Part shown: positions 33,649 through 50,903 of the stretch, piece by piece
Position numbering within the stretch: position 1 is the stretch's first letter
Layout of the letters: each line of letters begins with the position of its first letter
NCBI GenBank assembly: GCA_009103225.1
Contig: RHPI01001327.1
Location: forward strand, 248,001 to 312,000
Reading direction: 5' to 3'
DNA: 64,000 nt
Source: Chlorokybus atmophyticus
Taxonomy: Eukaryota; Plantae; Mesostigma and Chlorokybus algae
Program-made: the position numbers and the translations under genes
The notes under the pieces: model-generated
Told to the model about the DNA's origin: nothing
What the model saw: the letters and a program-made list of their open reading frames with translations, nothing else
The model's database searches: none

Positions 33649-34976
33649 TCACGAGTACGTCACCACGCTCACAAAGGGTTGTCGCTCGGATGACAGCTGC
33701 CGGTTGCTGTGGTTGCGCCACGCACATGCAATGGCAATGCCGGCAGCAAAAAGCAGAGCGAACGCGAGCAGCAGCAGCGGCATGAGCCAATGTGATTGGT
33801 GGTGTGGGTCGTTGGATACATCACCGTCCATTGTTCCACCGCGGCAAAAACAACCAGAGTCCCAGACACTTGTTGCTGAAGGATCGCTTGGGATGAGGCT
33901 GATGGAGACACAGTGCTCTGCAGTCAGCTCGGTTACTTGAGTTTGCAATTGTGCAGGAAATATGCGCTCCCAGCGCTTGCGTAAGCTCCTGCGCACCAGA
34001 TTGCGTTGCTGAGTGACATATGCACGTATCCAAGTTTTCCAATACAGTTGAAAATCCTCAAGTGACAACAAGGCTGCGCGGTGGCATGTGTTCCTTGGTG
34101 ACATATGCGCGTATCCAAGGTTCATTGCAAACGAAGTTGCCGGATGGTGCATTATTGCCCGCATGCATGTGTTGTGCTGCGTGCATGCGTGAGCGTGCGT
34201 GCATGCCTCTGCGCCTATTCGTGCATGCGGGCATAGTTGTGTGCGCACACACGCACGCGCATGCGCGTGCGCTTGCGTGCGTGTTGGACATCGTGCCAGA
34301 CCATGACTGCTGGGTGCCCAATGACTGCAGAGTGCAAGCAGCACGGAGGCTGAAGAAAGATTATGTATGTGCTTGACAAAAGGCAGCAGAAAAACTGAGA
34401 AGCAGTGGGAAGAACGACACAGTAACCTCCTCCCAATTGCCAGAAAGCGTATAACCACTGCACAAAGCCTGTTCTTTGCAAAGTGATTGTATGCTTCCTG
34501 TGCTGTTGGCCTGTGCAAGAATGCCCCTCAACGCAGCTGGAATCATCTATGCACTTACATACACATATCACCTGGAACAAACCACAAACAGGCTTGCTTG
34601 CAAAACACGATAATGGTAGTGCGGCTCTGGACAGAATCTAGCCATGTGCTGGCACAATGCTGGCAAGACAGATGCAAGACGAGCAGCAAGGTAAGCAGCA
34701 CATGAACAATTACGTTACTTGACAAAACGCAATTTGAAACATACAAGGCCAATACACGAACCACTCATCCAGGCAGTGGCTGACATGTACTCAACAAAGG
34801 CCAGCAGCGCCTGGACCTCCCGTTTCTCACCTGCCCAGCCAGGCTCCACCGAGGCGGCAAAGAGAAGGACTCTGCCCTCAACGAAACCTTTAACGACAAC
34901 GCCCGCGACGACACCCTCCCAAGCAATCGCCCGTCCCGCCACCGCCGCCGCCGCCGCCGCTGACACGTTGGTAGCG
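33649..34976 (-). CDS. Hypothetical single-pass membrane protein (gene model uncertain)
   Basis: Several GT-AG exons, a Cys-containing segment (QSLCKEQALCSGYTL) and a terminal hydrophobic helix LMPLLLLAFALLFAAGIAIACAW followed by a basic tail. The start codon is unresolved. Confidence 0.35.
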
Positions 34977-35093
34977 CATTCCAGCCACTACACTTGTGTG
35001 TGTTGACTACAGCACGCCACTACGTTTCGCACAGCAGGCTGAGCAGGCGGCGGAGGCGGTGGAGGTGGGTTTTATCTGCTTGTTGTCGGCAAC

Positions 35094-36595
35094 ATGGTCG
35101 GGCACATCGTCGACCCTGCGCAAGCAGAGCGCGAGCAGGTAAGCGGTGAGGAAGCTTCAACTTTGTTTGTTTAGACGTTGCTTGTTCATGGCTTGCGTTC
35201 TTCGCATCCTAAATAGTGGTTTTTTGATCTGAAGGCAAAGCGGATGATGGTGGAGAGGGACGGCCTGGAGACAGAGATCGCAGTCATCGCTGAGCGGCTC
35301 AACGCGCCTGGCGGGCCCGGCGAGCATGGCCCCCTCGTCGACAACGAGGTAGAGGTGGTGGTGGTGGTGTTGTTGTTGTTGCTGTGACTGTTGCTGTAGT
35401 CGTTGTCTTCGTTGCAGCTGTGGTTGTTGTCGTAATTCACCTGAACGGCAACAACCTAGCTGCTTGCGTTATTGTATTGTACGCACTGCTGCATGTTACG
35501 GAACGTACGCTATTTCAGCTATAGCAATAAACTGCAAAAGTGGCTGCAAAACTTTTGGCAGCAATTCCGAGTGGCAGGCATCGTGCATGCTTAAAGGACT
35601 ACTGTCTCCCATTGTGCAGGGCTTTCCGCGGGCAGATATTGATGTTTTTCAAGTGCGCAAAGACCGCAACCGGCTTGCTGGTATGAATCTTGATTACTCG
35701 ACGTGTGTCAAGGATCTTGTCATGCCTATGCGACTCACTGGAAATACCGTTAAATCAAGTGTGTGTCACATGCCATCTCAACAGCGCTACACACGGATCA
35801 CAAAGAGCTGACCGCGCGCATAGAGAAGCTCATGTACGACGTCATGAGCAAGACTGCCAACTCAAGTTTCCGACCAACACCAAGCGCAGGTGTGACAAAC
35901 ACAGATACACACTCAATTAGCTGGACAAACACAATAGCAACACTTGCACCAAATCACAAGACTTGTGCGCAGCCCCTGTTCGCGCGACACCATTGCCAGC
36001 AGCGCAGCAGTCTATTCCACTCCCCACGCCATCGATTACAGCCGCAGCGCCGCTCCCGAGACCATTTGCAGTCATAGATGAGGTGGCCGAAGGCTCGCCA
36101 GCAGCTGAAGGCGGCATACAGGTTTGTAGTGTTTTGTGTGCATGTGTGTGACAAATAAAGAGGGATGAGGATCAAGCAATTAGCTGATAACACACATGAC
36201 CTGTACAGGTTGGAGACCAGCTTGCGCGCTTTGGGTTGGTAGATGCTGCCTCCAGCTCGGGACAGGCAATGCTCGGATTGGTTGCCAATGAGTTGCAGTC
36301 GCGAGCGAATCAACCTGTTGAGGTATGGTCACCCATGCTGCCTCGCACATGATACTAGGCTGACCAACATGTTTGGTCTTTCTTATCTTGCAGGTGATGG
36401 TCATCCGGCGAGGGCGCCGGGCAGACCTGAGCGTTACACCGCACACGTGGAGTGGGCGAGGACTGTTGGGGTACTGTTGTGTTGATGTTTGTTGCTGTGT
36501 ATGTGCATATGCATTGAGCTGAAGTGCTGCCACTCGTCGCTTTTGCGTGTGACATTGACGGAATGTCTGGCAGGTGTTACCTGCAGCCTTTGTAG
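35094..36595 (+). CDS. PSMD9: 26S proteasome regulatory subunit assembly chaperone p27/Nas2 (PDZ)
   Basis: Spliced exons give GPLVDNEGFPRADIDVFQVRKDRNRLA...LHTDHK, PFAVIDEVAEGSPAAEGGIQVGD and TPHTWSGRGLLGCYLQPL*. Confidence 0.92.
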
Positions 36596-36832
36596 CGTGA
36601 GCTCAAGGTGGAACTGTACTCCAACAGCAACAAGTTACCCAACATGTGTGTGAATGCATGCTGCCTGTATGATTGGCACTTGTACAGTGTTACATAAGCT
36701 TGCAACATGCTAGACTGGCAAGCTGTGAGGTGGATCGGGTTGTAGTTCGGTAACAACCACGCGCCACAGCAGTTCTATTCCGTGAAGCTGTTTGCAACAT
36801 GTAGCGTCCACATTTGACACAACTGCAGAGTC

Positions 36833-38209
36833 TCATTGTTTGGATGCAACAAGGCATCCCATAAGTCCAGCTGCAATTTCATAAAACATAGCTCTTGCAA
36901 ATCCCGCCTCCACAGCAAGAGTCTCCAGTTCTGGTCCTGTGGGATAGACCTCGATTGACGGGCGCAAGTACTCGTACTGCGGGCCAACTCCGAATGATTT
37001 TGCCACTGGCACAACAACGTTGTCCAGCATCCAGCCCTGTCACAACAGCAGTGCATGTGACAAACATAAGATTTTTGTAAACAGCAACATGCAATGCAAG
37101 GCTCGAGGTTTACTCAGTGTACCTGCGCTGATGATGCAAGAGCGTCAGTGCTATTGTTGAAGTCCAGGATTGCAACTCTTGAGCCCGGCTTCAAGACTCG
37201 GTGGAGCTCTCGCAAGCACTGCATGGGAAGCACACCACAGTGTGAAAAGAAGCATGAGGGCCCAACACTGCGAACATGTACCATGTGGCGCGTGCTCAGC
37301 ATGCCAGCTTGCTAGCTATACCTTTGGAATGTCAACAACGTTTCTCAGCCCATAGCTGATGGTTGCTGCATCAAAGGAGTTGTCTTCAAAAGGCAGATTG
37401 AGTGCATCTCCCTGCTTGCACACACAGCTACCAGTTGGCTTTGCAGGAAAGCAGCTGTGGACACAACAGAGGAACCAATCACGACCTACCTCAATGAACT
37501 TGACAGGCACATTACACGCAGGGTACGATGTTGCATGTCGTTTGGCTGCCACCTCCAGTTGGGCACGAGCAAAATCAAGTCCTGCCAGTGTGTATTTGCG
37601 TCTAATGTTAACTTGCATGAGCACGAAAAGTGTTGATGCATGGATTTCTTGTACCTGTTACGGAACCTGCCGGCCCAACTGTTTCGGCAAGGCGCAAAAC
37701 TACATCCCCGCTGCCGCAGCACACGTCCAACACGGACTGCCCCTGACGTGCCCCGGCCCACTTCACTGCCATCCTCTTCCACACACGGTGTTGACCCAAA
37801 CTGTGCACGCATATGAGGCAATAAACACAGTCACACGCCAAACGAATTGTACTCCCAATTTATTGACGTTGTTTACCTTAGCGCATCGTTGAGGACATCA
37901 TACATTGGCGCGATGCTATCGAACAACCCTTTCCGGCCCTCAGCACCTTCACCGACTTTAATGGTGGCATCCGATGTGGTGGCCACATTCGTTACTCTGG
38001 TGACCCTTGTGCTTGTTACAGCACGCTGAGTACTCAACCTTGGCCGTGCGCGTGAAACGCCAGTGCAATGACCGCTTGTTTTGTTCACAGCCAGTGGTAG
38101 CGTACATATATATGCTGACACCATCGTTGATCCACTGCGTGCAAAGAAACCTGGTCAATACGCAAAAGATACAAAGCTACACATACGCTTTCACGAGGAC
38201 TGTCAGCAT
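36833..38209 (-). CDS. MENG: 2-phytyl-1,4-naphthoquinone methyltransferase (UbiE/MenG family)
   Basis: [88 protein letters not shown]. The N-terminal exons are approximate. Confidence 0.9.
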
Positions 38210-38334
38210 CAGCGCTTAATTACCAACAAGGTGCGACCTGGCTTACACACCAACACAGTGATACCTGGGAGGGTTGTAGTGACACAGTAGACTGTGCAAT
38301 GGGTCTTTTACAAACTGATTGGGTGCAGGAGTGA

Positions 38335-39102
38335 CTAGTCCTGGGGCTCAGCTGCAGCAAACAGCTGTTTCCAGACGTCCAGTGACTTCAGTGCCTTTGC
38401 CTGGCTGGCATGCAGTCTGCCACCTTCAGCAAAGAGCGCGTTGATGGCGTGCACGCGCTCCACCCTGCGAATGCCCTTGCATTGAGCTTCACATGCCGCA
38501 CATTCACAAAGGCATGAAACGCACTCTCATTTCGGTACAGAAATTGCTTGCATGCATACTAGACGCGAGAAACATACATACATGCAGTTGGTGGGTGGGT
38601 GGGTGGGGGTGGGGGATGTGTTTGAACTGGCAGCAGAAATTAACCAACGGAACGCGCAAGCATTGGTTCATTTTGCAATCAGGGTGACACTGTAACCTGA
38701 CAAGCAAGGCTTCGAGTAGACAGTGCAGCCAGTGCGAAGCCAGCTTGATCGCAAAGCTGTTAAGGTAGGGCCGCGACTAAGCAGCCTAGCCAGCAAACAA
38801 AGCATTGACTGGCTGACAGACAAGCAGACAATGAGCATTTCACTGCTTACAATGCATGCATGCGACGCAGCAGCAATACATTATTGTCAAGAGTTAACCA
38901 GCACGCACTGGAGGCAGGCTTACGCGCTATTTACTGTGCTGAGTGTGGCTCTTAGCTCCAGCAGCACCTCTAGCTCTTCTTTGGTCAGTCCGCCAGGCAG
39001 TCTACCCCCTCCCTCGCTGCCTCCCTCTCCTCCTCCTCCTCCTCCTCCTCCTCCCTGTCCGCCGCCGCCGCCAGCACGCACCCCTGCCGTCTGCATTGAC
39101 AT
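38335..39102 (-). CDS. Small Gly-rich coiled-coil protein resembling DASH/Dam1 complex subunit Dad2
   Basis: Two exons (39102-38924, 38464-38335), 102 aa: KEELEVLLELRATLSTVNSAVERVHAINALFAEGGRLHASQAKALKSLDVWKQLFAAA. It matches from memory the Dad2 pattern ELE.L..LR...lE.l...lA(D/E)G...L..W..vF. Confidence 0.55.
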
Positions 39103-39155
39103 CCAGTTGGAGCAGACAAACTTAAGCTCAGCACCACTGTGGCGGCGGCGATAGC

Positions 39156-40602
<1,447 letters not shown>

Positions 40603-41452
40603 CGGCGCCTTGCTCTCTTTGCGGTACCCTGATGTATATGTTAATCTGCTAGGTTTCCTTCAACTTACACGATCTATGCACTCTATACGAAGAGTGTTAC
40701 AATGAGATCACTCATTGACAAGGGGTGATTGCAAGCTCAGTTGGTTAGGTTAGCAAATGGGTTGACAATTTGAGTACATAGCCATGCCGCATGCAGCGTT
40801 GAAAGCTTGTAGCTTGCATAATAAGCTTGCAACTGCTAGGATGAATTGCTTTAGCATGTTGGTTGTAAACAAACGCTTTATAAACCATGACGCCCACGTG
40901 CTTAAACAGCTTGTTCACTATGATATGCGTGCCCGCATGTGTGTGAAGTGCAAGTGTGTGTACAAAGATGGAGTGCTGATAAGACCGCAGGCATGCGGTC
41001 ATAAGCATGAGACATGCATGTTGTCATGCACAGAATGCTCTTGGAGATATGTACACGCCGCAAGCAAACGGTAGGCAGCAGTCATAATGCTATGTCACTA
41101 CCCGGCTAGGTAATTCTAACACGCTAAGCTACCACTACTTGGCTCCCCGTTAGTCATGCATGCATGTATGTTCCATTATTTGGCAGCAGCAGTCATGCAC
41201 GTATGTGTGAAGAATTGCAACCCTAAGTTGCTGACTTATGTTTGCTTACAAGCGTACACTCAACTGGTCAAACAGCCACACATAGTATTGGTGGCTTGTA
41301 CATATCGTTTACACGTTTTATACAAGAGTTGAGCATATAAAATTATCTCAAGCAATGGTTCCATTCAAAGGCTGAATTATTAATATGAATATAGATTACA
41401 AGCGAATGCAAAAAGACTGTTGATTAACTATATGAAACTGCATTTATAAGAA

Positions 41453-42370
<918 letters not shown>

Positions 42371-42994
42371 GGGCAATCCCACAATGAAGTATATATACAT
42401 ATAATCATTTACATACATGATTGATGCATTTGTTAGTTAATGGTTATCATGCATGTCGCAGGCTCGCACGCCTGCACACTATACATGTGGCAATTTTGTC
42501 AGCTGTGGTTGTATGTTGGCTGTGTATGGGGTTATTGCATTTGTTTTTTATGCTATACCCTTTGTGATCAACATATCGATCTTATTCACAAGTGATGTGC
42601 TCGTGCAGTTTTCGCTCATAAAGTATATCCTTATAGCCCGGGAGGTTAATTGCGCAAATACGGCGCTCGTCAGGCTCCAGTATCACTTATACTGGAGCCC
42701 GTGCTTATACAGTATAAGTATACTGTATAAGCAAGCGCACAAGCGTGCATTGTCCTTGTGCGACTGCGCACTTAACCCTAAGACCCGGGCCTGCAGCCGG
42801 TTCGCATGACAGAATCGACTGCAACCGGGCTCACCAGTAAAGCCCGTCTCCAGCCCAAGCGTTGCGGGCGGCGCCTACGTGGGTCTCTTTGCCGTCGTCG
42901 CTGCCGCCGGGGTCGCCGTCGCTGTCCGCCGCCGCGGCAGGGGTGATCGATTACTTGTTGGCCAGTAGCCTGAGCGTACAAGCGTTCTTCCAAG

Positions 42995-44256
<1,262 letters not shown>

Positions 44257-44521
44257 ACTTGACGCGCTGTATCTGTACCTTTGGCAGTGGAAGCTATTTC
44301 ACACTTATGGTCCCTGCATCATATTGCATGGTGCTGTCAGTTGTGTATGGTTTGTTGTGCTAGCTTCTCACCGTCAACTTCTTCAACCTGCATGACGGTG
44401 GTGGGTTGTGTGGCGATAGCGTAGGCCTTCACAGCTTAGTTTGCACAGTACAACCGTTTTATGCATTGCAGCCTCTATCCACGGGATCATGCATTATGTA
44501 GCTACGCAACATGCAAATCAA

Positions 44522-44688
44522 TACCGCATTTACCTATGCAGAACCTCCCCCCTGCTACAAGCCCCCTTGGCTGAAAATGGTGGGGGGCTTGTGCAAACAA
44601 TGTCGCTTTTTTGGTGAAAATGGGCTCTATTACAAGCCCCCTTCAAACAGGGTGGGGATTTATGGCAAAAGGGGGTTGGCATACGGTA
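44522..44688. mobile_element. Possible small TA-flanked MITE
   Basis: TA at both ends, imperfect terminal inverted similarity (CC-TATGCAGAACC versus the reverse complement CCGTATGCCAACC), and internal ACAAGCCCC direct and inverted repeats. Confidence 0.3.
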
Positions 44689-45972
44689 CGCAATGCAGGA
44701 CAGGCAGGGAAATTCGTCACATTTATAGTGGAGGGTGTGCAGCTGACAAGCCTTTGCTGTATGCAAAAAATATAGGCTTTACTGATTGCCACAATGCAAC
44801 CACAGGTTGTCACCAAGTTGTTGAACATCTGAAGGTGCTTGCGACATTCACTACAGCATACAATGCTGCAGTGCCACGATCACATGCGGAAACAACTATT
44901 TTCAGAAGCTGCTTCTATAAAGTTTCTATCAAAAACTTCAGCTTTGTACCACGTGTGACTGCCCTTAAGCAACACTTCTTACCAGCGGCAAAACCACATG
45001 TATCATTGCCACAATGTCTCGCCGCCATTCCACCCCTTGTGCCACCGTTGCCACCCTCTGCAGAAGACTGTTGGGCTCTCCAAACAATTCACTTGATGAT
45101 TACCCGACATGGGCTTCTTACTGCCTGGCCCCTCAAGGCTTCAGACTTATGCACTTGGTATAAGGTATAAAAATGGCTGTGCTCACTCAAATGACACCAG
45201 CAGATGTACACAAGGGGTGTGCTACTATGCCGGCATGCATTGTTTGCCGAGACATGCAAGCGACATGCATAACACTCATGGGTAAACACATTCTATTCTC
45301 CACCGGGCTAGTATTTCTATGCTATACCAACTGTAGTCTGCCCCGTTAGCCATGCAGTCAGCATGCAGAATTGTATTCACCTGCACCACGGCTGCGTTTA
45401 GCGGCCACCCTCCACAACAGTGACGACAGCAACAGCAGACTGTAGGACTCCCCCCGCCCTCCTGCATAGCCTTGACAATGGCAAGTTCATTGCGAACAAC
45501 TTCACTCTGGTACTCAGACTTGCACAGTACGTACAAAACTAACTTGAGGTTGATCTGCGCTCTAGGAGCATGTCCAAGCACACTACTACTACTTCTTACT
45601 TCATGCAAGCGGCCAGACATTGCACGTGTGTGTAATCTATACTTATTCTCGTTACTTCCCTTTACATCTTACCTGCTGCATACCACCACGTTGCGTCACC
45701 GCACAGATAGCGCACACCAGTGCAATATTACAAATTAACCATGGTCATGCAGGGTAGTAGTGTAGCCAACAGGTAAGCGCGTGCAATTTTGAAGCCATTT
45801 TGTACAAAGCAGCAGTTGACTGGTCATCCGAGCAGTGATCCATGTACACCTGCAGACAGTTCTCTGCGGCATAGCTGCGGCAAAGCTGGTGCAGCAAGAC
45901 TTTTTACTCGCGAGCCGACAGCTTGGTCGGCCCAACTTGCCGCAAACATTTCAATTACCAAATGCAGCTTGC

Positions 45973-48900
45973 TCAGTCCTGATGCTCCCTCCCATCTTGT
46001 TCTGCTGGTTGCCTTCGTGGAGCTTCAGCAACAGGTGCTGCCTCATCAGGACCCTGCAATTAGTAACGTATAAAATCAGTAATGGTTGAACAGTATAGAA
46101 ACAAGTCGCAATATGCACTTGACTGCTGAATGGGTACCTGCCAGCCTGGCAACAGCGATGTGAAAAAGCCAATCACCAGCAGCTGCACTTCACGTATCAA
46201 CGATGCCAGCATGCCCTGGGGCGGGGGATCGGCAACAGGTGCAGCAGCACCATCCTGTCCTGAAAAGTAGCGATCAAGGGTGAGGTTCCTGCATTTGCCA
46301 CGCAAGATGAAATGCACCAACGACTTACCGGCCGCTTCTGAAGGTACTGCTCGCGGTCTTGGAGTTGGAAGCCGGGGGCGTTCAAACCTAGCTACGAAGC
46401 GCCTCAACCCCGCAAACATTCCAACATGGTACCTGGCAAAGACATTGCATGTCTGTAACCTGACATACTCCCGTTAAGTGCAACAAGAGGCACTGCTGGG
46501 TCACTTACAAGTAGATCAACACTGCTCCAACACACAACACCACAAGGCGCGTGCGCGATGTGTCTCCACCTTGACTAAGAATGAACACCAGAAGAGCCAA
46601 CTTGAACATGAGGGTAAGGTCTACGCGCACCTGCAGCCAACACATGCACGATCATGCACTCAGCAGCTCTGGAAGCAAGCAGTCACACAGGCGGTGAGTT
46701 AGTCACCTGCAACAGTATTCGGCGCGGCTGCCCTGCAGCGGCACCTCCAGGTGCTTGAGGCACATTTACTCTGCCATGTGCCACGCCAGCCACACCAGCT
46801 CTTTGCTGAAGCCCCACAGCTGCAGGTGGTACACCAGCTGCAGGAGCCTGCAAAGCTTACACACCAATTCATGACAAGGCCAACCTACATCTCCAGATGG
46901 TGTTTCATGCGCCTCGCACAAATTTCGTTCAAAAAACCAAAGGTCATGATGCTACCTGACCGGCAGGGGCTGCGGCGGCAACAGCTGCACCATGTGCTGG
47001 CACAGTAAACGCCATCTGCATTGGAGCACCACTGCACACAGGATGGATACCGCTGTGAGTAACATGCACGCTAAGCACAAGTCAGCTTTGCAACAGCAAG
47101 ATCGACAAACTGTCAGCAGATCTTTCATTAGACTTACACAAAGTAGCCGGGTGGAAACACATTCGGCGGCATGCCATTGAATGGCGTGGCCATAGGGGCA
47201 AATGGAAAGAACGGGTTCATTTGGTTGGGAAAAAAAGGCGGCGGCATCATCGCAGGGGGAGGGCTTTGTAAAGAACTTGCACTGGTGCTGGGCTGGCTAA
47301 CAGCAGTTGCACCCGGGAACATTGGAGGAGGAAACATGCTGGCTGCTAGAGCATATGGATTGGGCATCATCATTTGTGCCAAGTATGGGTTTGCGAGAAA
47401 CATTTGCTGCGCATACATATGTAGTGGTCAGAACACCAGCACTGCTGAGCATGCTGCATGGAACAAGCTCACCATTTTGTTTACGTCCTACGCCAGTCAG
47501 GTTGCTACTCATAAAAAGACAGTTGTGGACCATGCCCAAACAACCTGCTCATCCAACCTGTAGTGCAGCAGGGTCGAGTTGTGGAAACTGATGGCTTGGT
47601 GCTCCAGACTGTGAAGACGATGCGCTGGTGGAAGGGGCTCCATCTACCGTGCTGGCTGCAGGTGGAACAGGAGGGAAAGGCATCCCCGGGAAGGAAGGGA
47701 AAAAGGCCGACATGTTGGGATGCGGAGCGCCGTGTGGTGACAATGGCACAGTCTCTGAGCCCGGTGGGACACCTGCAGATCTGCAATAGGTAGTTGTGAG
47801 TTTATGAGCAAACAGGTGCCCAACCTGATATCTTCAAATTCAGCAAGCTTGGCAGGGTTTGTTTGCTGTCCATGCGGTTGGGCGGATTATACTGCCGATT
47901 GCAGGAAGCCCGGGCATAAGGCACTCACGTTGAAGGTGTTGGGACTGGGGCTGTCGGGGCTGCAGCTGCAGATGAGCCTGGTGCTGCTTGAGCGGCGGAA
48001 GCAGCAGACGGCGGAAGCACCGAAGGCGGGACGGGTGGCGGTGAAGGCTGTATGATGGGCTCCGTTGCACGCTGTGACAATGCAGCTGAGGGCTGTGTAC
48101 GGGAAGGAGACGCAACCTGCCATGCATGACAGTTTTAGCCACACATGCTTGTTGCAAATTGTTTGCGCATCTCAGCATGGCCAACCTGAAGCTGACCTGT
48201 GCTGAAGCGGCAGACTGAGATGGTCTGCTGGGAACGGTGCCAGCAGGCGATGTGCCTGTGGAATGTGCTATAGGAGCTGCATTACCAGCGTTGGTCACTG
48301 ATGAGGATGCTTGTTGTGCAGTTGATGATGATGGCGTTGCCATTGACAGCTTCACCACCATGTGAACAACCTTTGAACCACACAGAGCGTGTGACAAGAC
48401 GGAGACCAATTCCGTTCTTCAGTCAAGCAGCCTGGCAGCCTGACACAGCTGCATTGCATGCATGCATCCAACCTTACCTGGGGTGTAGAAGTGTCCACCG
48501 TGCTGAACAAGTCAGCCAACATTTGCTCGTTGTGCAGCACATGGCCGGCATAGATCAACTGCTGCTGCGCAGCCTGCCGATGATATAATGTCAATCCAAA
48601 CTGACATGCGATTAGAGCTGCTATCAAGCTGCGTGCTCCGTGCAACGAAGAGGTTTCTCAAGCAACCAAGTTCAACATTACCCAACGGAACGAACAGTGC
48701 ATCACGACACCGAACACCAGTAGACGCCGCACAAAGGTATGTGTGTAACTACCAGTGCTGGACACGAACCACCACAGCTTGCATGTGCATGCATGTACAA
48801 GCCACGCAGAATAAAAGTGCTTACAAATCAAAACCACCACGCTGAACAGACGAATGGTAACGATGACAATCAGACATGCATTTCCAAGCACACCTCAGGT

Positions 48901-49055
48901 TGGCCAGGGTACTGCTGAGCAAACACCTCCTTCAACTGCGCGACGGTCAGCGACAGAGGCACCTGCGTCTGGAAATCAGGCCTGCCAGCAGCAGCTGGGT
49001 TCTTGACCACAATGCTCACAATCAACTGCTCCTCTGGCCGCTTCTCCCCCTCCAT
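45973..49055 (-). CDS. HERP-like ER membrane protein with N-terminal ubiquitin-like domain
   Basis: SIVVKNP...TVAQLKEVFAQQYPGQP, QQLIYAGHVLHNEQML and VVHMVVK, then a Pro/Ala-rich middle, VDLTLMFKLALLVFILSQGG...LIYLYHVG and EVQLLVIGFFTSLLPGW. Confidence 0.85.
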
Positions 49056-49472
49056 GACTACGCCGCCGAGGCCGGCAACACCGACGCCAACACTGCAGCT
49101 CCCACCGCAACATCCCCGCAATAAAACCCTAATTTACGTTTACGCACCGTCACTGCCGGATACGTAAAGTAACGCAATGACGCCAAGACACGCAGCGCAA
49201 CTTGCTAAACAGATTCTCGAAGATTCCCAGTTTGGCTTCAATATTGCATTATTTTGACATGGTTGAATCTCAAGCATTCGTCGCTTTGCGACGCAGCTTG
49301 CCAGCAGCATCACTCATTGACATCGACGTAGTCAAGCACTATCGCCGGGATTTCTGCTGTCCTGGGGCTCCTGGATTATGGATATCAGCACTTGGTAGCT
49401 TATATCCAGCCTCCAATGCACAGTGGTTCCAGAAGTGCAAACCAGGCTGTTGTGAGCGCTGAAACGGGCGGT

Positions 49473-49475
<3 letters not shown>

Positions 49476-49520
<45 letters not shown>
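49476..49520. repeat. (GTCGGT)n hexamer repeat between divergent genes
   Basis: About seven perfect units. Confidence 0.9.
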
Positions 49521-49521
<1 letters not shown>

Positions 49522-49689
49522 TGCGTGTCCTTTGCTATTAAGGTTTGATTGCGTAGTGAGTGTTGTTGTGAATGAATGCATGAGTGCGTGAGTTTGAGCG
49601 GATGAGTCAATGCTGGTGGTGCTGTGAGTGTTTGGCAGCATGCACAGCTGACAGTGTGGCTCATGCGTAGGCAGTAGTTCGCTGCGAAG

Positions 49690-50903
49690 ATGTCGAACAC
49701 CAAGCACTGCGAGGACAAGGGCCACGTCGTGGCGCATGAGTCCCTCGGCAAGGAGGTGAAGTACAACGACCTGGACATCTATATCAACGAAGATGGCCAT
49801 GGCAAGGTCGGCGTCATCCTCGTCACCGACATCTTTGGTAAGCTACTAATGCCTGCATTTTCTTCAACAGTCCAATGAAGGCCACTGAAAAATGGGATGC
49901 CTCTTGAACGCACTGGAAGCAATACCAACAGCTTGACATGCCATGCACGCAGGCTGGGAGTTCCCTAACGCCAGGAAGATTGCTGACCGCTTTGCTGCCG
50001 CCGGCTTCGTCGTCGCTATGCCCAACGTCCTGCGTGGCAACTACTTCGACGCTGAAAAACACACTGACCTGATGGCGTATATTGCACAACACCCCGATGT
50101 AAAGCACCACGCATGCAAGAGATGACGCTGCTCGACCTCATGCATGGGGGGACGTATTGATTTGAAATGCTTGCCAGGAACGGGTATGCGGCGACATTGA
50201 TACCACCATCCAGTTATTGAAGAGCCTTGGTTGTGAGAAGATTGGCGCATTCGGCTTCTGCTGGGGAGGTATGCAACATGATGATGCCTGGCCACCTGCG
50301 AGCACTGATGAAGTGTGGGCACCACTTGTGTAACAACTTGTCTCAGCACAGTCTGATTGTCTGGGTGGTATCGTGTGTGACAGGCAAGTATACCACCCAG
50401 TATGCTGCGGATCCCAGCAAGATCCAGGCCGCTGCGGCTCTGCATGGAAGCTTCTTGAAGATTGAGACTGTCAAGGGTACTCATGTCTTTGACAGTATGC
50501 TGTGTGCTTTGCGGCAATGGAAGGGTGTTCTTATCAGTGTTTGATCGCAGAACACAAGGTGCCAGTCCTGTACGTGTTCGCCGGCAATGATGAGTACTAC
50601 CCCAAGGAGTTTGTTCAGGAGCTCCAGCAAACCATCAAGTCCACTCCTCCGGTATGTCGCGTCATGCTTCTAGTCATTAGCTTTCCATGCTTTGCTCTGC
50701 TGTAGCGTGGTGGTAGCAACTTTCTGGCATGCGTACCGCATTCCAACTTCCACCTTATGTGCATGCAGCATGACTTCAAGGAGTATGCGGGAGTTGGCCA
50801 TGGTTTTGCCGTGCGCGGTGACTTGAACGACCCTACAACAGCAAAGGCTCAGGATGCTGCTCTCGAGGAAACCATCAACTGGTTCAAGAAGCACCTGCAG
50901 TAG
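49690..50903 (+). CDS. Dienelactone hydrolase family protein
   Basis: VILVTDIFGW, nucleophile GFCWG, FAGND and GHGFAVRG, giving a Cys-Asp-His triad; exons splice in frame. Confidence 0.92.
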
